Under the pieces are notes generated by a model. It was not told the origin of the DNA and did no database searches. It was given only the letters and a program-made list of their open reading frames with translations. Of a stretch of DNA of 64,000 nucleotides, positions 29,019 through 38,169 are shown piece after piece. Location of the stretch: contig JBBDRJ010000018.1 of the NCBI GenBank assembly GCA_040905525.1, positions 88,769 through 152,768 on the forward strand, read 5' to 3'. A program made the position numbers and the translations under genes. Within the stretch, counting starts at the first letter, position 1; each line of letters opens with the position of its first letter. Source of the DNA: Actinomycetota bacterium (GTDB lineage: Bacteria > Actinomycetota > JAICYB01).

Positions 29019-29808
29019 CACTGCTCAGCCACTGCTCCCACGTTATGCGTCCGTCGGCGTGGGTGGGGGTGAGGTTGTAGCCCGCCCGAAAGCCGGCCAT
29101 CGCCTTGCCCGGGATCGGAACCGATAACACGGCCCGGCGCTTTCCGACGGCCTGCAGGTAGGTGTCGACGATGTAACGCATGTCGAGGACCTTGGGGCCG
29201 CCCATGTCCGGCACGTGCTGCGACGGACCGGCGTCCACGATGGCCACCATCCGGTCGGCGACCTCGCCGGCGTCGAGCAACTGCGACTTGAAGCCCTTCG
29301 GCGCCATAACGATGGGAGCGGCGCTGAGCCGCCGGCAGAACTCGAAGGCCAGCGTGTGCCACTGCGTCGTGCGCAGGATCGAGTACGGCAATCCGCTGCG
29401 TTCAATCACACCCTCGGTCTCGAGCTTGGCCCGGTAGTACCCAAGGGGCACTCGATCTACGCCGACGATCGAGATGTAGACCACATGGGGCGTGCCCATC
29501 TCCGAGGCTTTGGCCACGAGACGCTCGGTCGGCTCGACGTCGGTCTTCCGAGGCAACTTGTAGCCCATGCCGCGCAGGCCCGAGTCGCCCGCCCCGCTCG
29601 CGCAGTGAACGATCGCGTCGACCGATGACAGGGCGGCGTCCAGACCTTCACCGGTGGTGAGGTCGCCCTGTACCGATTGAACTCCGGCGACCAGATCGGG
29701 GTTGGCGCGCCGGGAGAGAACCTTCACGTCGTAGCCCTTGGCCACGAGACGCGGGACGAGCTCGCGTCCGAGATTTCCGGTGCCGCCGGTGACGAGGACT
29801 TGGGTCAC
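29011..29808 (-). CDS. NAD(P)H-binding protein (NmrA-like/SDR superfamily)
   Basis: 265 aa; N-terminal VLVTGGTGNLGRELVPRLVAKGYDVKVL Rossmann motif. Confidence 0.7.
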   Translation of the reverse strand: MTQVLVTGGTGNLGRELVPRLVAKGYDVKVLSRRANPDLVAGVQSVQGDLTTGEGLDAALSSVDAIVHCASGAGDSGLRGMGYKLPRKTDVEPTERLVAKASEMGTPHVVYISIVGVDRVPLGYYRAKLETEGVIERSGLPYSILRTTQWHTLAFEFCRRLSAAPIVMAPKGFKSQLLDAGEVADRMVAIVDAGPSQHVPDMGGPKVLDMRYIVDTYLQAVGKRRAVLSVPIPGKAMAGFRAGYNLTPTHADGRITWEQWLSSAT

Positions 29809-32800
29809 CGCTTCTTGTCCTTAGCGGTTCGCTGCGGAAGCGACGGCAGGGCCAGGCGGGGACGCTTGGTCATGTCCGGTTCCAGCGGACGGTGCTTGCG
29901 CAGCGCTTCGCGCATCAGGCGCAGCGCCGTGTCCATCTGGGGGTCACGGCCGGCGGCGTGATCTTGCGGTGAGATGTCGACATCGTGCGTTGGGTCCGTC
30001 CCGTAGTTCTCTACCCCCCACCCGACGTCGGTGAACCAGAAGGAGTACTCGGGCTGCGTCGTGATCCCGTTGTCGACGAGCACGTGGCGCATGTTGATGC
30101 CGACGACGCCTCCCCACGTTCGCTTCCCGACCACGGGGCCCATCTGCTTCATCTTGAAGACGTGAGAGAAGATGTCGCCGTCCGATCCGGCGAGCTCGTT
30201 GGTTATGCACACCAGCGGCCCGGCGGGTGAGTCTTCCCAGTACGGTTCCGGGTCGCCCCAGCGCGTGACCGCATAACCGACTCGTTCGCGCGCGAGCTTC
30301 TCGAGGATGATCGATGACACGTGGCCGCCCCCGTTGTAGCGGACGTCGATGATCAGGCCGTCGCGGTGCATCTCCGCGCTGTAGTACCGGTGGAACTCCG
30401 AGAACCCCTCGGGCCCCATGTCCGGGATGTGGATGTACCCGACCCTTCCTGCTGTTGCCTCGTGGACGAAGGCCCGGTTCGTCTCGACCCACTCGCGGTA
30501 AAGAGGGCCCGAATCGTCGGCCAAGGTCTTGACGACGACCGTGCGCGGGTTGCGTCCGCGCGTATCGCCCAGGACGAACTCGACGTCGACGCCGGCTTGG
30601 TGGACGAGAAGCAAGTGCGGCGGCCGGTCCTCTGAGACCGCCTGGCCGTTGACGGCGAGGATCGTGTCGCCCTCCCTGGCCTGAACCCCCGGTGCGGCGA
30701 AAGGCGAGTTGTGCTGTGGATCCCAGCTGTCTCCGCGCACGATGTGGGTGATCGTCCAGTGGCCACCGCGAAAGCTCACCCGGCTCGCGAGCAAGCCGAC
30801 CCGGTACTGCGGCGGCGGCTTGATATCGCCGCCCATCTCGTAGGCGTGGGATGTCCCGAGCTCGCCGAGCATCTCCCACATGAGGTCGGAGAACTCCATA
30901 CGGCTCGCAACCTTCTCGACGAGCGGGCGGTAGCGATCGTGGATCCGACGCCAGTCCACGCCGGACATGTCTGCGACCCAGAAGTGCTCTCGCTGGAAGC
31001 GCCAAGCCTCGCGGTACATCTGCCGGTATTCAGTCGCCGGGTCGACGGAGACGCGGACGCGTCCCAGATCGATCCATCCGCTGCGTCGTCCCGGCTCGTC
31101 TTCGGCCTTGGGATCCGGCTTCTCGCCGGCCTTGAGCGCTCGAAGCTTGGGTCCGGCCCGGTAGACCAGCGTCGATCCGTCGGCCGAGACCTGGAAGGCC
31201 GAGACGCCTTGCACGATGGTGTCGAGCTTCAGCTCGTTCAGGTCGTATACGTCGATCTTGCCTTTGGGCTTCTTGTCGTCGACCTCGAAGATGTCGTCGC
31301 CGAGCGTGCCAACTACGGGCCAGCTTGTGAACAGAACCTTTCCGCGTATGCCGCGCACCTGTGTGTAGCGGCCCTCGGGCATCGGGAAGGCGGCCACACG
31401 GTCATGGATGCCTTCCAGATCGACGGCGACCGGTTCGGGTGCAGACTTGGAGTCCTTTTTCTCGGCAGAGCGCTTGGCCTTCTTGTCGGCGCCGGCTTCG
31501 GGATTCTTCTTTTCGTTCGGCTGGGATCCGAAGCCGCGGGGCTTGGGAACGAAGGGCGAGGGGTCGGCGTCGCGCAGCGTGATCAGATGTGGGCGGACCG
31601 ACCGGGGGAACCCGTAGGAGAAGAACAGAGTGTCGGAAACCGGATCGAAGATCCGGTGCGACAAGAAGTACAGGTATTTGCCTTCGGGGTCGAAGGCGGG
31701 CGAGTAATCGAAGAAGTCAGGGCGCGTCACGTCCTGCGTGGCTCCGGAGGACACTTCGCACAGCCGGATGGAGGCGTTGCGAGCCGTCGACGCATAGCTG
31801 TACGCGACGTATCGGCCATCGGGTGACCAGGCCGGCCCCGATATCACGCGATGAGGGCTCCGATCGAGCACGCGGCTTCGATCGCTCTTCAGATCGATCC
31901 AGATCAACTCGTTGCGATGATTGGTCAAGACGACCTGTTGGGCCGTGGGTGAGGTGACGAGCTCCATCGGCCGGCCGATGTCTACGCGGTCGAGTCGCTT
32001 CGTCCGGCTGGCGTCGGAGGCGGAATAGACCTCGATGGCTTCCTCGCCGCCTTCGTCGGAGACGCAGACGAGGGCCTCCCCGTCGCTCGTCCAGTGCGGA
32101 AGCCGGTAGCGCACGCCGTCGCGCTGGCCGTACTGACGTACGGCCAGCTCCCACAACGGCATCGTGAACAACTTTCCCCGAGTTGCGAGCGCGACGGCGT
32201 GCCCATCGCCGTGGACGCCCCAGCTGTGCAGGAAACGTTTGGCATCGACGAAGCGCCGGTTGCGTCCGATGCGCGGGCTCCGGAAGTCGACGTCCACCCT
32301 TTCCGAGATGTCGGTCGCCGGGTCGTAAGTCCAGATCTCCGCGGCCAGCTGATAGGCGATGCGTTGTCCGTCCGTCGATGCCCATCGCGCGTAGTACGTG
32401 TCGTGATCGGTGTGGCGGCGGACGTCCCGCCCCGCTGGGGTGCAGGAGTAGAGGTTGCCGATGCCTTCGTGGTCGGACAGGAAGTAGATACGACCTCCGA
32501 CCCACAAGGGGGAGGCAAGGTTCCCCTCGACGTTGAGTAAACGCCTGAAACTTCCCCGACCTTGCGCGTCGATCCAGATGTCGCCTCGCGTTCCTCCGCG
32601 ATACCGCTTCCAGCGGGCGGGGTCGATGGTGTGGCGGCCGAGGACGATTCCTTCCCCGTTCGGTGCGTAGGCCAGCTCGGTGGCCGGGCCGACGTTGATC
32701 TGCTCCGGGATCCCTCCATCGGGGTCGAGCGCGTACACGCGGTAGTCGCCGCGGTTGGCCAGGCCGGAGTCGCTCATGAAGAGGATGCGACCGTCGGGCG

Positions 32801-33110
32801 TCCAACCGCGCACGGCGGTGAGAGAGCCGAGATAGGTGCGGCGGCGAGCCTGGCCCCCGTCGGCAGGCATGACGTAGACCTCGGCGTGCGCCTCCTCGGT
32901 TCCCGTGAACGCGATCAACTCTCCGTCTCCCGAGACGATCGTGCGCCCGACCGGGCCGAGGTTGGATGTGAGCCGGCGGGCGACACCTCCAGAGCGAGGA
33001 ACGGTCCACACGTCGTCCTCGCTTATGAAGACGATGCGATCGCCCGCGATGGACGGGGATCGGAAGTACCCGCTGTTGATCGTGTCGGTGTCCATCATGG
33101 CGGGGGTCAA
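29805..33110 (-). CDS. Tricorn protease homolog (S41 peptidase with beta-propeller and PDZ domains)
   Basis: 1101 aa; TTG start; repeated propeller-like segments, C-terminal S41 core (GPVVGKRTWGG); size and architecture match tricorn. Confidence 0.8.
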   Translation of the reverse strand: MTPAMMDTDTINSGYFRSPSIAGDRIVFISEDDVWTVPRSGGVARRLTSNLGPVGRTIVSGDGELIAFTGTEEAHAEVYVMPADGGQARRRTYLGSLTAVRGWTPDGRILFMSDSGLANRGDYRVYALDPDGGIPEQINVGPATELAYAPNGEGIVLGRHTIDPARWKRYRGGTRGDIWIDAQGRGSFRRLLNVEGNLASPLWVGGRIYFLSDHEGIGNLYSCTPAGRDVRRHTDHDTYYARWASTDGQRIAYQLAAEIWTYDPATDISERVDVDFRSPRIGRNRRFVDAKRFLHSWGVHGDGHAVALATRGKLFTMPLWELAVRQYGQRDGVRYRLPHWTSDGEALVCVSDEGGEEAIEVYSASDASRTKRLDRVDIGRPMELVTSPTAQQVVLTNHRNELIWIDLKSDRSRVLDRSPHRVISGPAWSPDGRYVAYSYASTARNASIRLCEVSSGATQDVTRPDFFDYSPAFDPEGKYLYFLSHRIFDPVSDTLFFSYGFPRSVRPHLITLRDADPSPFVPKPRGFGSQPNEKKNPEAGADKKAKRSAEKKDSKSAPEPVAVDLEGIHDRVAAFPMPEGRYTQVRGIRGKVLFTSWPVVGTLGDDIFEVDDKKPKGKIDVYDLNELKLDTIVQGVSAFQVSADGSTLVYRAGPKLRALKAGEKPDPKAEDEPGRRSGWIDLGRVRVSVDPATEYRQMYREAWRFQREHFWVADMSGVDWRRIHDRYRPLVEKVASRMEFSDLMWEMLGELGTSHAYEMGGDIKPPPQYRVGLLASRVSFRGGHWTITHIVRGDSWDPQHNSPFAAPGVQAREGDTILAVNGQAVSEDRPPHLLLVHQAGVDVEFVLGDTRGRNPRTVVVKTLADDSGPLYREWVETNRAFVHEATAGRVGYIHIPDMGPEGFSEFHRYYSAEMHRDGLIIDVRYNGGGHVSSIILEKLARERVGYAVTRWGDPEPYWEDSPAGPLVCITNELAGSDGDIFSHVFKMKQMGPVVGKRTWGGVVGINMRHVLVDNGITTQPEYSFWFTDVGWGVENYGTDPTHDVDISPQDHAAGRDPQMDTALRLMREALRKHRPLEPDMTKRPRLALPSLPQRTAKDKKR

Positions 33111-33128
33111 TATACGGCCGAGGACGCT

Positions 33129-34211
33129 TCAGCCGCGCCCGGCCGCGGCGACGAGCGGAACCAGCATCTCGTCGGACGTCAGGCTTCCATGGCCGCTTCG
33201 GAGAAGTCCTTCGCCGGGATTGTTCGGATCAACGAACCCGATGGGGGCGTACGCCGCGAGAACGACGTCGCCGATGCGGCGGCGAACTTCGGGGGACGGG
33301 GGACGGGTGCCGAGCCATCCCTCGTCGATCAACCGGTCGCGGGTGAAGCACCAGGCCCGATCGGAGAACAGCGCGCTGGCTGCCTCCAGCAGATCGGCCG
33401 CGGCTCCGTCGCGTGCGTGCAGATAGCGGAAGCGGCTCTCGCCCGATTGGGCAACGCACATATCGTCCAGAAGGCCACCGAGCTCGATGCGTTCGTCGAA
33501 ATGTACGTGGCCGTGGTCGGCGGTCACCACTAGTGCCGTTGTCTTCGGCAACGCGTGCAGCAATTCGTCCACTAATCGATCGCAGAATCCGAGCTCGCGC
33601 TCGAAGAACCCGTCCCGCATGCCGTGCACGTGAGCGACGAGGTCTGGTCCGTCGTAGTACGCGTACACGAACCTGTTGCCCTGCCCGGTGAGCAGGCGGC
33701 AATGCTCGACCAGCCCGGACGTCGAGTGATAACCGTGGAACGCCGCGCCTCGGTACAGCATGGCGGTGAACTTCGAATCGCGGAACCCGGCACGAGACAC
33801 GACTGGAAGAACCTGTCCGCCGAAGGCCTCGCGCGGCTGAATCTCATCCGGTTCGGGTGGGGTCTGTCCCTGCATCGCCCAGCGAATGACGTTCAGCACG
33901 TTGCGCCCGAGCCAGATCCGGTAGCCGACAACGCCGTGTGCGGCCGGCGACAACCCCGTCGATATCGAAGTGAGTGCGGTCGGAGTGGTCGATGGCACAA
34001 CCGAAGTGATCGCACCACCGTCGAGAGCCGCGAGATTAGGCAATCGCTCGCGCCGCCGCTGGAGCTCGTTCCAGCCGAGTCCGTCGAGGATGAGCAGAAC
34101 GACCGAATCGGCTTCGCGCGCGGGATCCGGCACCCACGCGGCCTTTGATTGCAGACCGCGCACGAGATTAGTGATGCCCGCGCCTTCGTATTCGGGACGA
34201 ACCGGATCCAC
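33129..34211 (-). CDS. Alkaline phosphatase family protein (type I phosphodiesterase/nucleotide pyrophosphatase fold)
   Basis: ORF 33129..34271 (GTG); alternative GTG at 34211 overlaps the upstream stop by 1 nt; metal-site motifs LILDGLGW, VVTADHGH. Confidence 0.6.
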   Translation of the reverse strand: MDPVRPEYEGAGITNLVRGLQSKAAWVPDPAREADSVVLLILDGLGWNELQRRRERLPNLAALDGGAITSVVPSTTPTALTSISTGLSPAAHGVVGYRIWLGRNVLNVIRWAMQGQTPPEPDEIQPREAFGGQVLPVVSRAGFRDSKFTAMLYRGAAFHGYHSTSGLVEHCRLLTGQGNRFVYAYYDGPDLVAHVHGMRDGFFERELGFCDRLVDELLHALPKTTALVVTADHGHVHFDERIELGGLLDDMCVAQSGESRFRYLHARDGAAADLLEAASALFSDRAWCFTRDRLIDEGWLGTRPPSPEVRRRIGDVVLAAYAPIGFVDPNNPGEGLLRSGHGSLTSDEMLVPLVAAAGRG

Positions 34212-35104
34212 TAGCTTCCGACGGCGGCTTTTTGCGCGTTGGCCACGATCGCGTTCACGACCAGCGGCCACGCGTCCTTCGGAAGATCGTGGCCCATGCC
34301 TTCGATCGTCACGAGCCTGGCCCGCTCGATGACATCGGCCATCTTCCGACCGTTGGCCACCGGGACGAGCCGGTCGTCGGTGCCGTGGATCACGACGATA
34401 GGGATCGTGAGCTTGACCAGGGAGGCGCCGCGCCCGGGGGCGGCTCGGACCGCGAGCATCTGGCGCACTCGGCCTGCAGGTGCGTAGCTGCGGTCGTAGG
34501 TGCGTGCCGCGATGTCGCGCATAGCGTCCTCGTCGAAGGGGAAACCGCGACCGGCCATGATCCGGCGGTGACGCACGTCCTGCTCGATCGCCTCATCACG
34601 CTCGGTGGCCGCCGGCTCGGTGAAGATCGTGAGGACGTCCACGTCGTCGGTAAGAACGGGATCCTCTCCCATCGCGGACATGATCGAGGCGAGAGAAAGC
34701 ACACGATCGGAATGACGGATCGCGAGGACCTGTCCGATCATCCCGCCCATCGACTGCCCGGCTATGTGGGCTTTGGTTATCCCCAGGCGATCCAGGAGCC
34801 CGGCGACGTCGTCGGCCATGTCGTCGACCGTGTAGGGAAGACCGGGCGATGCCTCGTCGATTGGCGCTTCCGCGGCGTCACGCCGGAGCGAAGCGGAGGG
34901 GCTATCGAACTTCGTGGTCAGTCCGACGTCCCGGTTGTCGAAGGTGATCACGTGGAAGCCTTCGTCCACCAGGAGGTCGCGGAAGCCTTCCGGCCACCGG
35001 ATGAGCTGGGAGCCCAGCCCGTTTATCAGGACGAGGGCCGCGTCGTCCGGCGCCCCGAACGTCTCGTAGTAGATCTCGATGCCGTTGGCCTTGGCGATGG
35101 GCAT
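34211..35104 (-). CDS. Alpha/beta hydrolase
   Basis: ORF 34211..35311; start moved to Met at 35104 (MPIAKANGIEIYYETFG); nucleophile elbow GQSMGG; the upstream ORF extension is an artefact of the tandem repeat. Confidence 0.8.
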   Translation of the reverse strand: MPIAKANGIEIYYETFGAPDDAALVLINGLGSQLIRWPEGFRDLLVDEGFHVITFDNRDVGLTTKFDSPSASLRRDAAEAPIDEASPGLPYTVDDMADDVAGLLDRLGITKAHIAGQSMGGMIGQVLAIRHSDRVLSLASIMSAMGEDPVLTDDVDVLTIFTEPAATERDEAIEQDVRHRRIMAGRGFPFDEDAMRDIAARTYDRSYAPAGRVRQMLAVRAAPGRGASLVKLTIPIVVIHGTDDRLVPVANGRKMADVIERARLVTIEGMGHDLPKDAWPLVVNAIVANAQKAAVGS

Positions 35105-35163
35105 GCACAGATGCTCCGCCAGTTGGCGCTTGCCTCGCAAGCGCTGCGGGTACGCTGCAATCA

Positions 35164-36765
35164 ATGGCCGGGAGCATCCCCGCCTCTTCGCCTGCCTTTT
35201 CGCCCGCCTTTTCGCCCGCCTTTTCCAATGAGCCGTTCGCCGATCTTCGATCCGCGGAGGTTCGCGAAAAGTTCGGTGCTGCAGTATCGGCCGCCGCCCG
35301 CTCTGCCGCATTCGAGGCTCCGCTGATCATCGCCGGCGAACGCTTAGCCACCCAAGGAAGGATCGACTCGGTCGATCCTTCCGATCCGGGGCGCGTCGTT
35401 TGTCGGTCGGGGAGGGCCGGCCGGGCCGAGGTAGATCGCGCGGTCGAGGCCGCGGCCCGCGCGCAGGGCGCGTGGGCCGCCACCTCGCCGCGCTATCGGG
35501 CCGACGTGGTTCTTCGGGCGGCCGCGATCATGCGCGAGAAGCGATGTGAGCTGGCCGGCCTCGAAGTGATCGAGGCCGGCAAGCCGTGGACTCAGGCCGA
35601 CGCCGATGTATGCGAGGCGATCGACTTCTGCGAGTACTACGCGCGAGAGGTCTTGCTTTTGGCCGAAGGCGCGCCGGTGCTGCAAGCCCCCGGAGAGTCC
35701 AACTCCTACGGCTACCAGTCGCGGGGGATCGTCGCCGCGATAGCTCCCTGGAACTTCCCGCTAGCGATCCCATGCGGGATGGTGACGGCGGGATTGGTTT
35801 GCGGCAATGCGGTGATGCTTAAACCGGCGGAGCAGACACCGGGTGTTGGGCTGCGACTGATCGAGATCCTTCTCGAAGCGGGCGTGCCGTCCGGCGCTTT
35901 GGCCTTCCTGCCCGGAGTCGGAGAAGAAGCGGGTGCGGCTCTCGTCGATCACCCGCAGATCTCCGTCATCGCCTTCACGGGCTCGAAGGACGTCGGACTG
36001 CAGATCATCGAGCGTGCCGCGGTCACCGGACGAGGACAGCGTCACGTGAAGAAAGTGATCGCAGAGATGGGCGGCAAGAACGCGGTTGTCGTGGACGCCG
36101 ACGCGGACCTCGACTTGGCCGTACCGGCCATCGTCGACAGCGCGTTCGCGTACGCGGGCCAGAAGTGCTCGGCTGCTTCGCGCCTCATCGCCGTCGGCGA
36201 CGTCTACGACGCGGTCGTCGATCGGCTCGTGGAGGCGACTAGATCGGTGCGGGTCGGCCCCGCATCAGATCCCGAGACCGTGGTCGGACCGGTCATCGAC
36301 GAGATCGCCTTCCGGCGGATCGGCCGTTACCAGGAGATTGCTCGTGAAGAAGGCGAAGTTCTCGTTCAGCGCACCGACATCCCGGACACGGGTTGGTTCG
36401 TGGGGCCAACCGTGGCCGCCTGCGAAGATCCGGACGCACGCATCGCCACCGAAGAGATCTTCGGCCCCCTGATCGTCTGTTTGCGGGCGGACGACTTCGG
36501 GCGCGCGCTCGAGATCGCGAACTCCACCCCGTACGCACTCACCGGCGGCGTGTTCTCGCGTACGCCGGCGCATATCCGGCAGGCTTCCGAGCAGATGCGT
36601 GCGGGCAACATCTACATCAACCGGAAGATCACGGGAGCCCTGGTCGGACGCCAGCCCTTCGGCGGATACGGCTTGTCCGGTGTGGGCTCCAAGGCCGGTG
36701 GCCCCGACTACCTGCTGCAGTTCTGTGAGCCGCGTGTGATCACGGAGAACACGGCGCGGCCTTGA
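35164..36765 (+). CDS. pruA: L-glutamate gamma-semialdehyde (1-pyrroline-5-carboxylate) dehydrogenase, aldehyde dehydrogenase family
   Basis: 533 aa; ALDH motifs (EMGGKNA, catalytic-Cys region GQKCSAAS) and P5CDH-like C-terminus GGYGLSGVGSKAGGPDYLLQF; N-terminus carries a (PAFS)3 repeat. Confidence 0.7.
   Translation: MAGSIPASSPAFSPAFSPAFSNEPFADLRSAEVREKFGAAVSAAARSAAFEAPLIIAGERLATQGRIDSVDPSDPGRVVCRSGRAGRAEVDRAVEAAARAQGAWAATSPRYRADVVLRAAAIMREKRCELAGLEVIEAGKPWTQADADVCEAIDFCEYYAREVLLLAEGAPVLQAPGESNSYGYQSRGIVAAIAPWNFPLAIPCGMVTAGLVCGNAVMLKPAEQTPGVGLRLIEILLEAGVPSGALAFLPGVGEEAGAALVDHPQISVIAFTGSKDVGLQIIERAAVTGRGQRHVKKVIAEMGGKNAVVVDADADLDLAVPAIVDSAFAYAGQKCSAASRLIAVGDVYDAVVDRLVEATRSVRVGPASDPETVVGPVIDEIAFRRIGRYQEIAREEGEVLVQRTDIPDTGWFVGPTVAACEDPDARIATEEIFGPLIVCLRADDFGRALEIANSTPYALTGGVFSRTPAHIRQASEQMRAGNIYINRKITGALVGRQPFGGYGLSGVGSKAGGPDYLLQFCEPRVITENTARP
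35190..35225. repeat. 12-bp tandem direct repeat x3 (gcc[t/c]gccttttc)
   Basis: gcctgccttttc gcccgccttttc gcccgccttttc, preceded by a degenerate partial unit; in frame within the pruA 5' end, encoding PAFS-PAFS-PAFS. Confidence 0.7.
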
Positions 36766-38156
36766 CCGACACCACCATGCAAGACCGACAACGGGGCGCG
36801 ACTCGTGTAGCGATCTCGGCGCTCGCGTGGACGGCGTTGCTCGCCGGAGCCAAGACGACGGTGGGCGTGCTCACCGGATCCGTTGCCGTTCTGGGCGACG
36901 GTTTGCACTCGATCCTCGACGTCGTCGTCGCGGGGGTGACGCTTTTCGCCGTGAGGCTGTCGGGAAAGCCTCCCGATCGGGAGCACCCCTACGGGCACGG
37001 ACGCATCGAGAACCTCGCCGCGCTCGGCGAAGCCTTCGTCATGTTCATCGTCGGCGCCGGCGTGGGGGCCGAGGCCGTGCGCCGGATCGTGAACGATGCC
37101 GAGATAACGGCTCCGGTATACGCGATCGCCGTTACCGCGGCGGCGCTGGTCATCGGCGCGTGGCGCTCGCGCGTGCTTCGGCGCGCGGCCGCCCGTTTCT
37201 CCTCGCCCGCCCTGCAAGCCGATGCCCTCAACATGACGGCAGATGTCGGTGAGTCTCTTGCCGTTCTGATCGGACTCGGTGCATCGCGCCTTGGCTTCCC
37301 GGCCGGGGATCCCATCGCGGCCCTGGTCGTCGTGGCGACGATGTGGGTCATGGCGGGACGCATCGGATGGGCGGCGGTTAATGTCTTGATGGATCGGGTA
37401 CCGGCCGGTCTGCAGGAGCGCGTCGCGGCGGCCGCCCGTGGCGTGAGCGGCGTCGCGGGCGTCGGCGATCTCCGCGTCCGGGAGTCGGGGCCGAACGTGC
37501 ATGCCGAGGTCAACATCAGCGTCGGCCGCACGGCGTCGGTCGAACGATCTCACGAGATCACCGAAGCCGTGGAGGCTGCCGTTGCGAGCGCTGTGCCCGG
37601 GGCCACGGCAACCGTGCACGTCGAGCCGAGCACACGAGGAGAAGACTTCGTCGCGCGCACCTTCGCAGCAGCGAATCGTCTCGGGCTGGCCGATCAGGTG
37701 CACAACGTGCTGGCCATCCGTCATCCGGAAGGGCTCTGGCTGATGCTGCACGCGAAGGTTCCGGCCTCCACGCCGCTGGCCGACGCGCATGCCATAACCG
37801 ACGAGCTCGAGCGCGAGATCCGCAAGGAGATACCGGCGCTCGCGCGGGTCGAGATCCACGTCGAACCGCACGAGCCACCCATGATGCGCGGGTCCGATGT
37901 AGGCACCGAGCGCGCGCGGCTGACCCGTGACGTTCAACGCGTCGCCGAGAGACACGATCCGATCACGCGGTGCCACGAGGTGGCCATCAGTGAGGCCGAG
38001 GATGGCCTGCACCTCGTTCTGCACTGCGAAGCGCCTGGAGGCACGACGATCGGCGAGATTCACGACGCGTCACTGTGGATCGAGGACGAGATCCACCGTC
38101 GCTACGACGAAGTGCGCAGCATTACCGTGCATTTCGAGCCGCAGCGGTTATCGTGA
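36762..38156 (+). CDS. Cation diffusion facilitator (CDF) family transporter with tandem C-terminal cytoplasmic domains
   Basis: 464 aa from TTG 36762 (alternative ATG 36777); CDF TM core (HSILDVVV, HPYGHGRIEN) followed by two successive CTD-like segments. Confidence 0.7.
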   Translation: MTDTTMQDRQRGATRVAISALAWTALLAGAKTTVGVLTGSVAVLGDGLHSILDVVVAGVTLFAVRLSGKPPDREHPYGHGRIENLAALGEAFVMFIVGAGVGAEAVRRIVNDAEITAPVYAIAVTAAALVIGAWRSRVLRRAAARFSSPALQADALNMTADVGESLAVLIGLGASRLGFPAGDPIAALVVVATMWVMAGRIGWAAVNVLMDRVPAGLQERVAAAARGVSGVAGVGDLRVRESGPNVHAEVNISVGRTASVERSHEITEAVEAAVASAVPGATATVHVEPSTRGEDFVARTFAAANRLGLADQVHNVLAIRHPEGLWLMLHAKVPASTPLADAHAITDELEREIRKEIPALARVEIHVEPHEPPMMRGSDVGTERARLTRDVQRVAERHDPITRCHEVAISEAEDGLHLVLHCEAPGGTTIGEIHDASLWIEDEIHRRYDEVRSITVHFEPQRLS

Positions 38157-38169
38157 TGCGATTCACGAA

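Noticed and set aside
35190-35225. Possible CRISPR-like repeat
   Set aside because: Units are only 12 bp and directly adjacent, with no spacers and no cas genes; it is a simple tandem repeat.
35105-35311. Lys/Arg-rich N-terminal extension (HWKRRAKRRAKRQAKRR) of the alpha/beta hydrolase ORF
   Set aside because: Produced by reading the 12-bp tandem repeat on the opposite strand; the hydrolase homology begins at the internal Met at 35104.
34232-35326. 364-aa plus-strand ORF
   Set aside because: Antisense to the alpha/beta hydrolase gene; no motifs.
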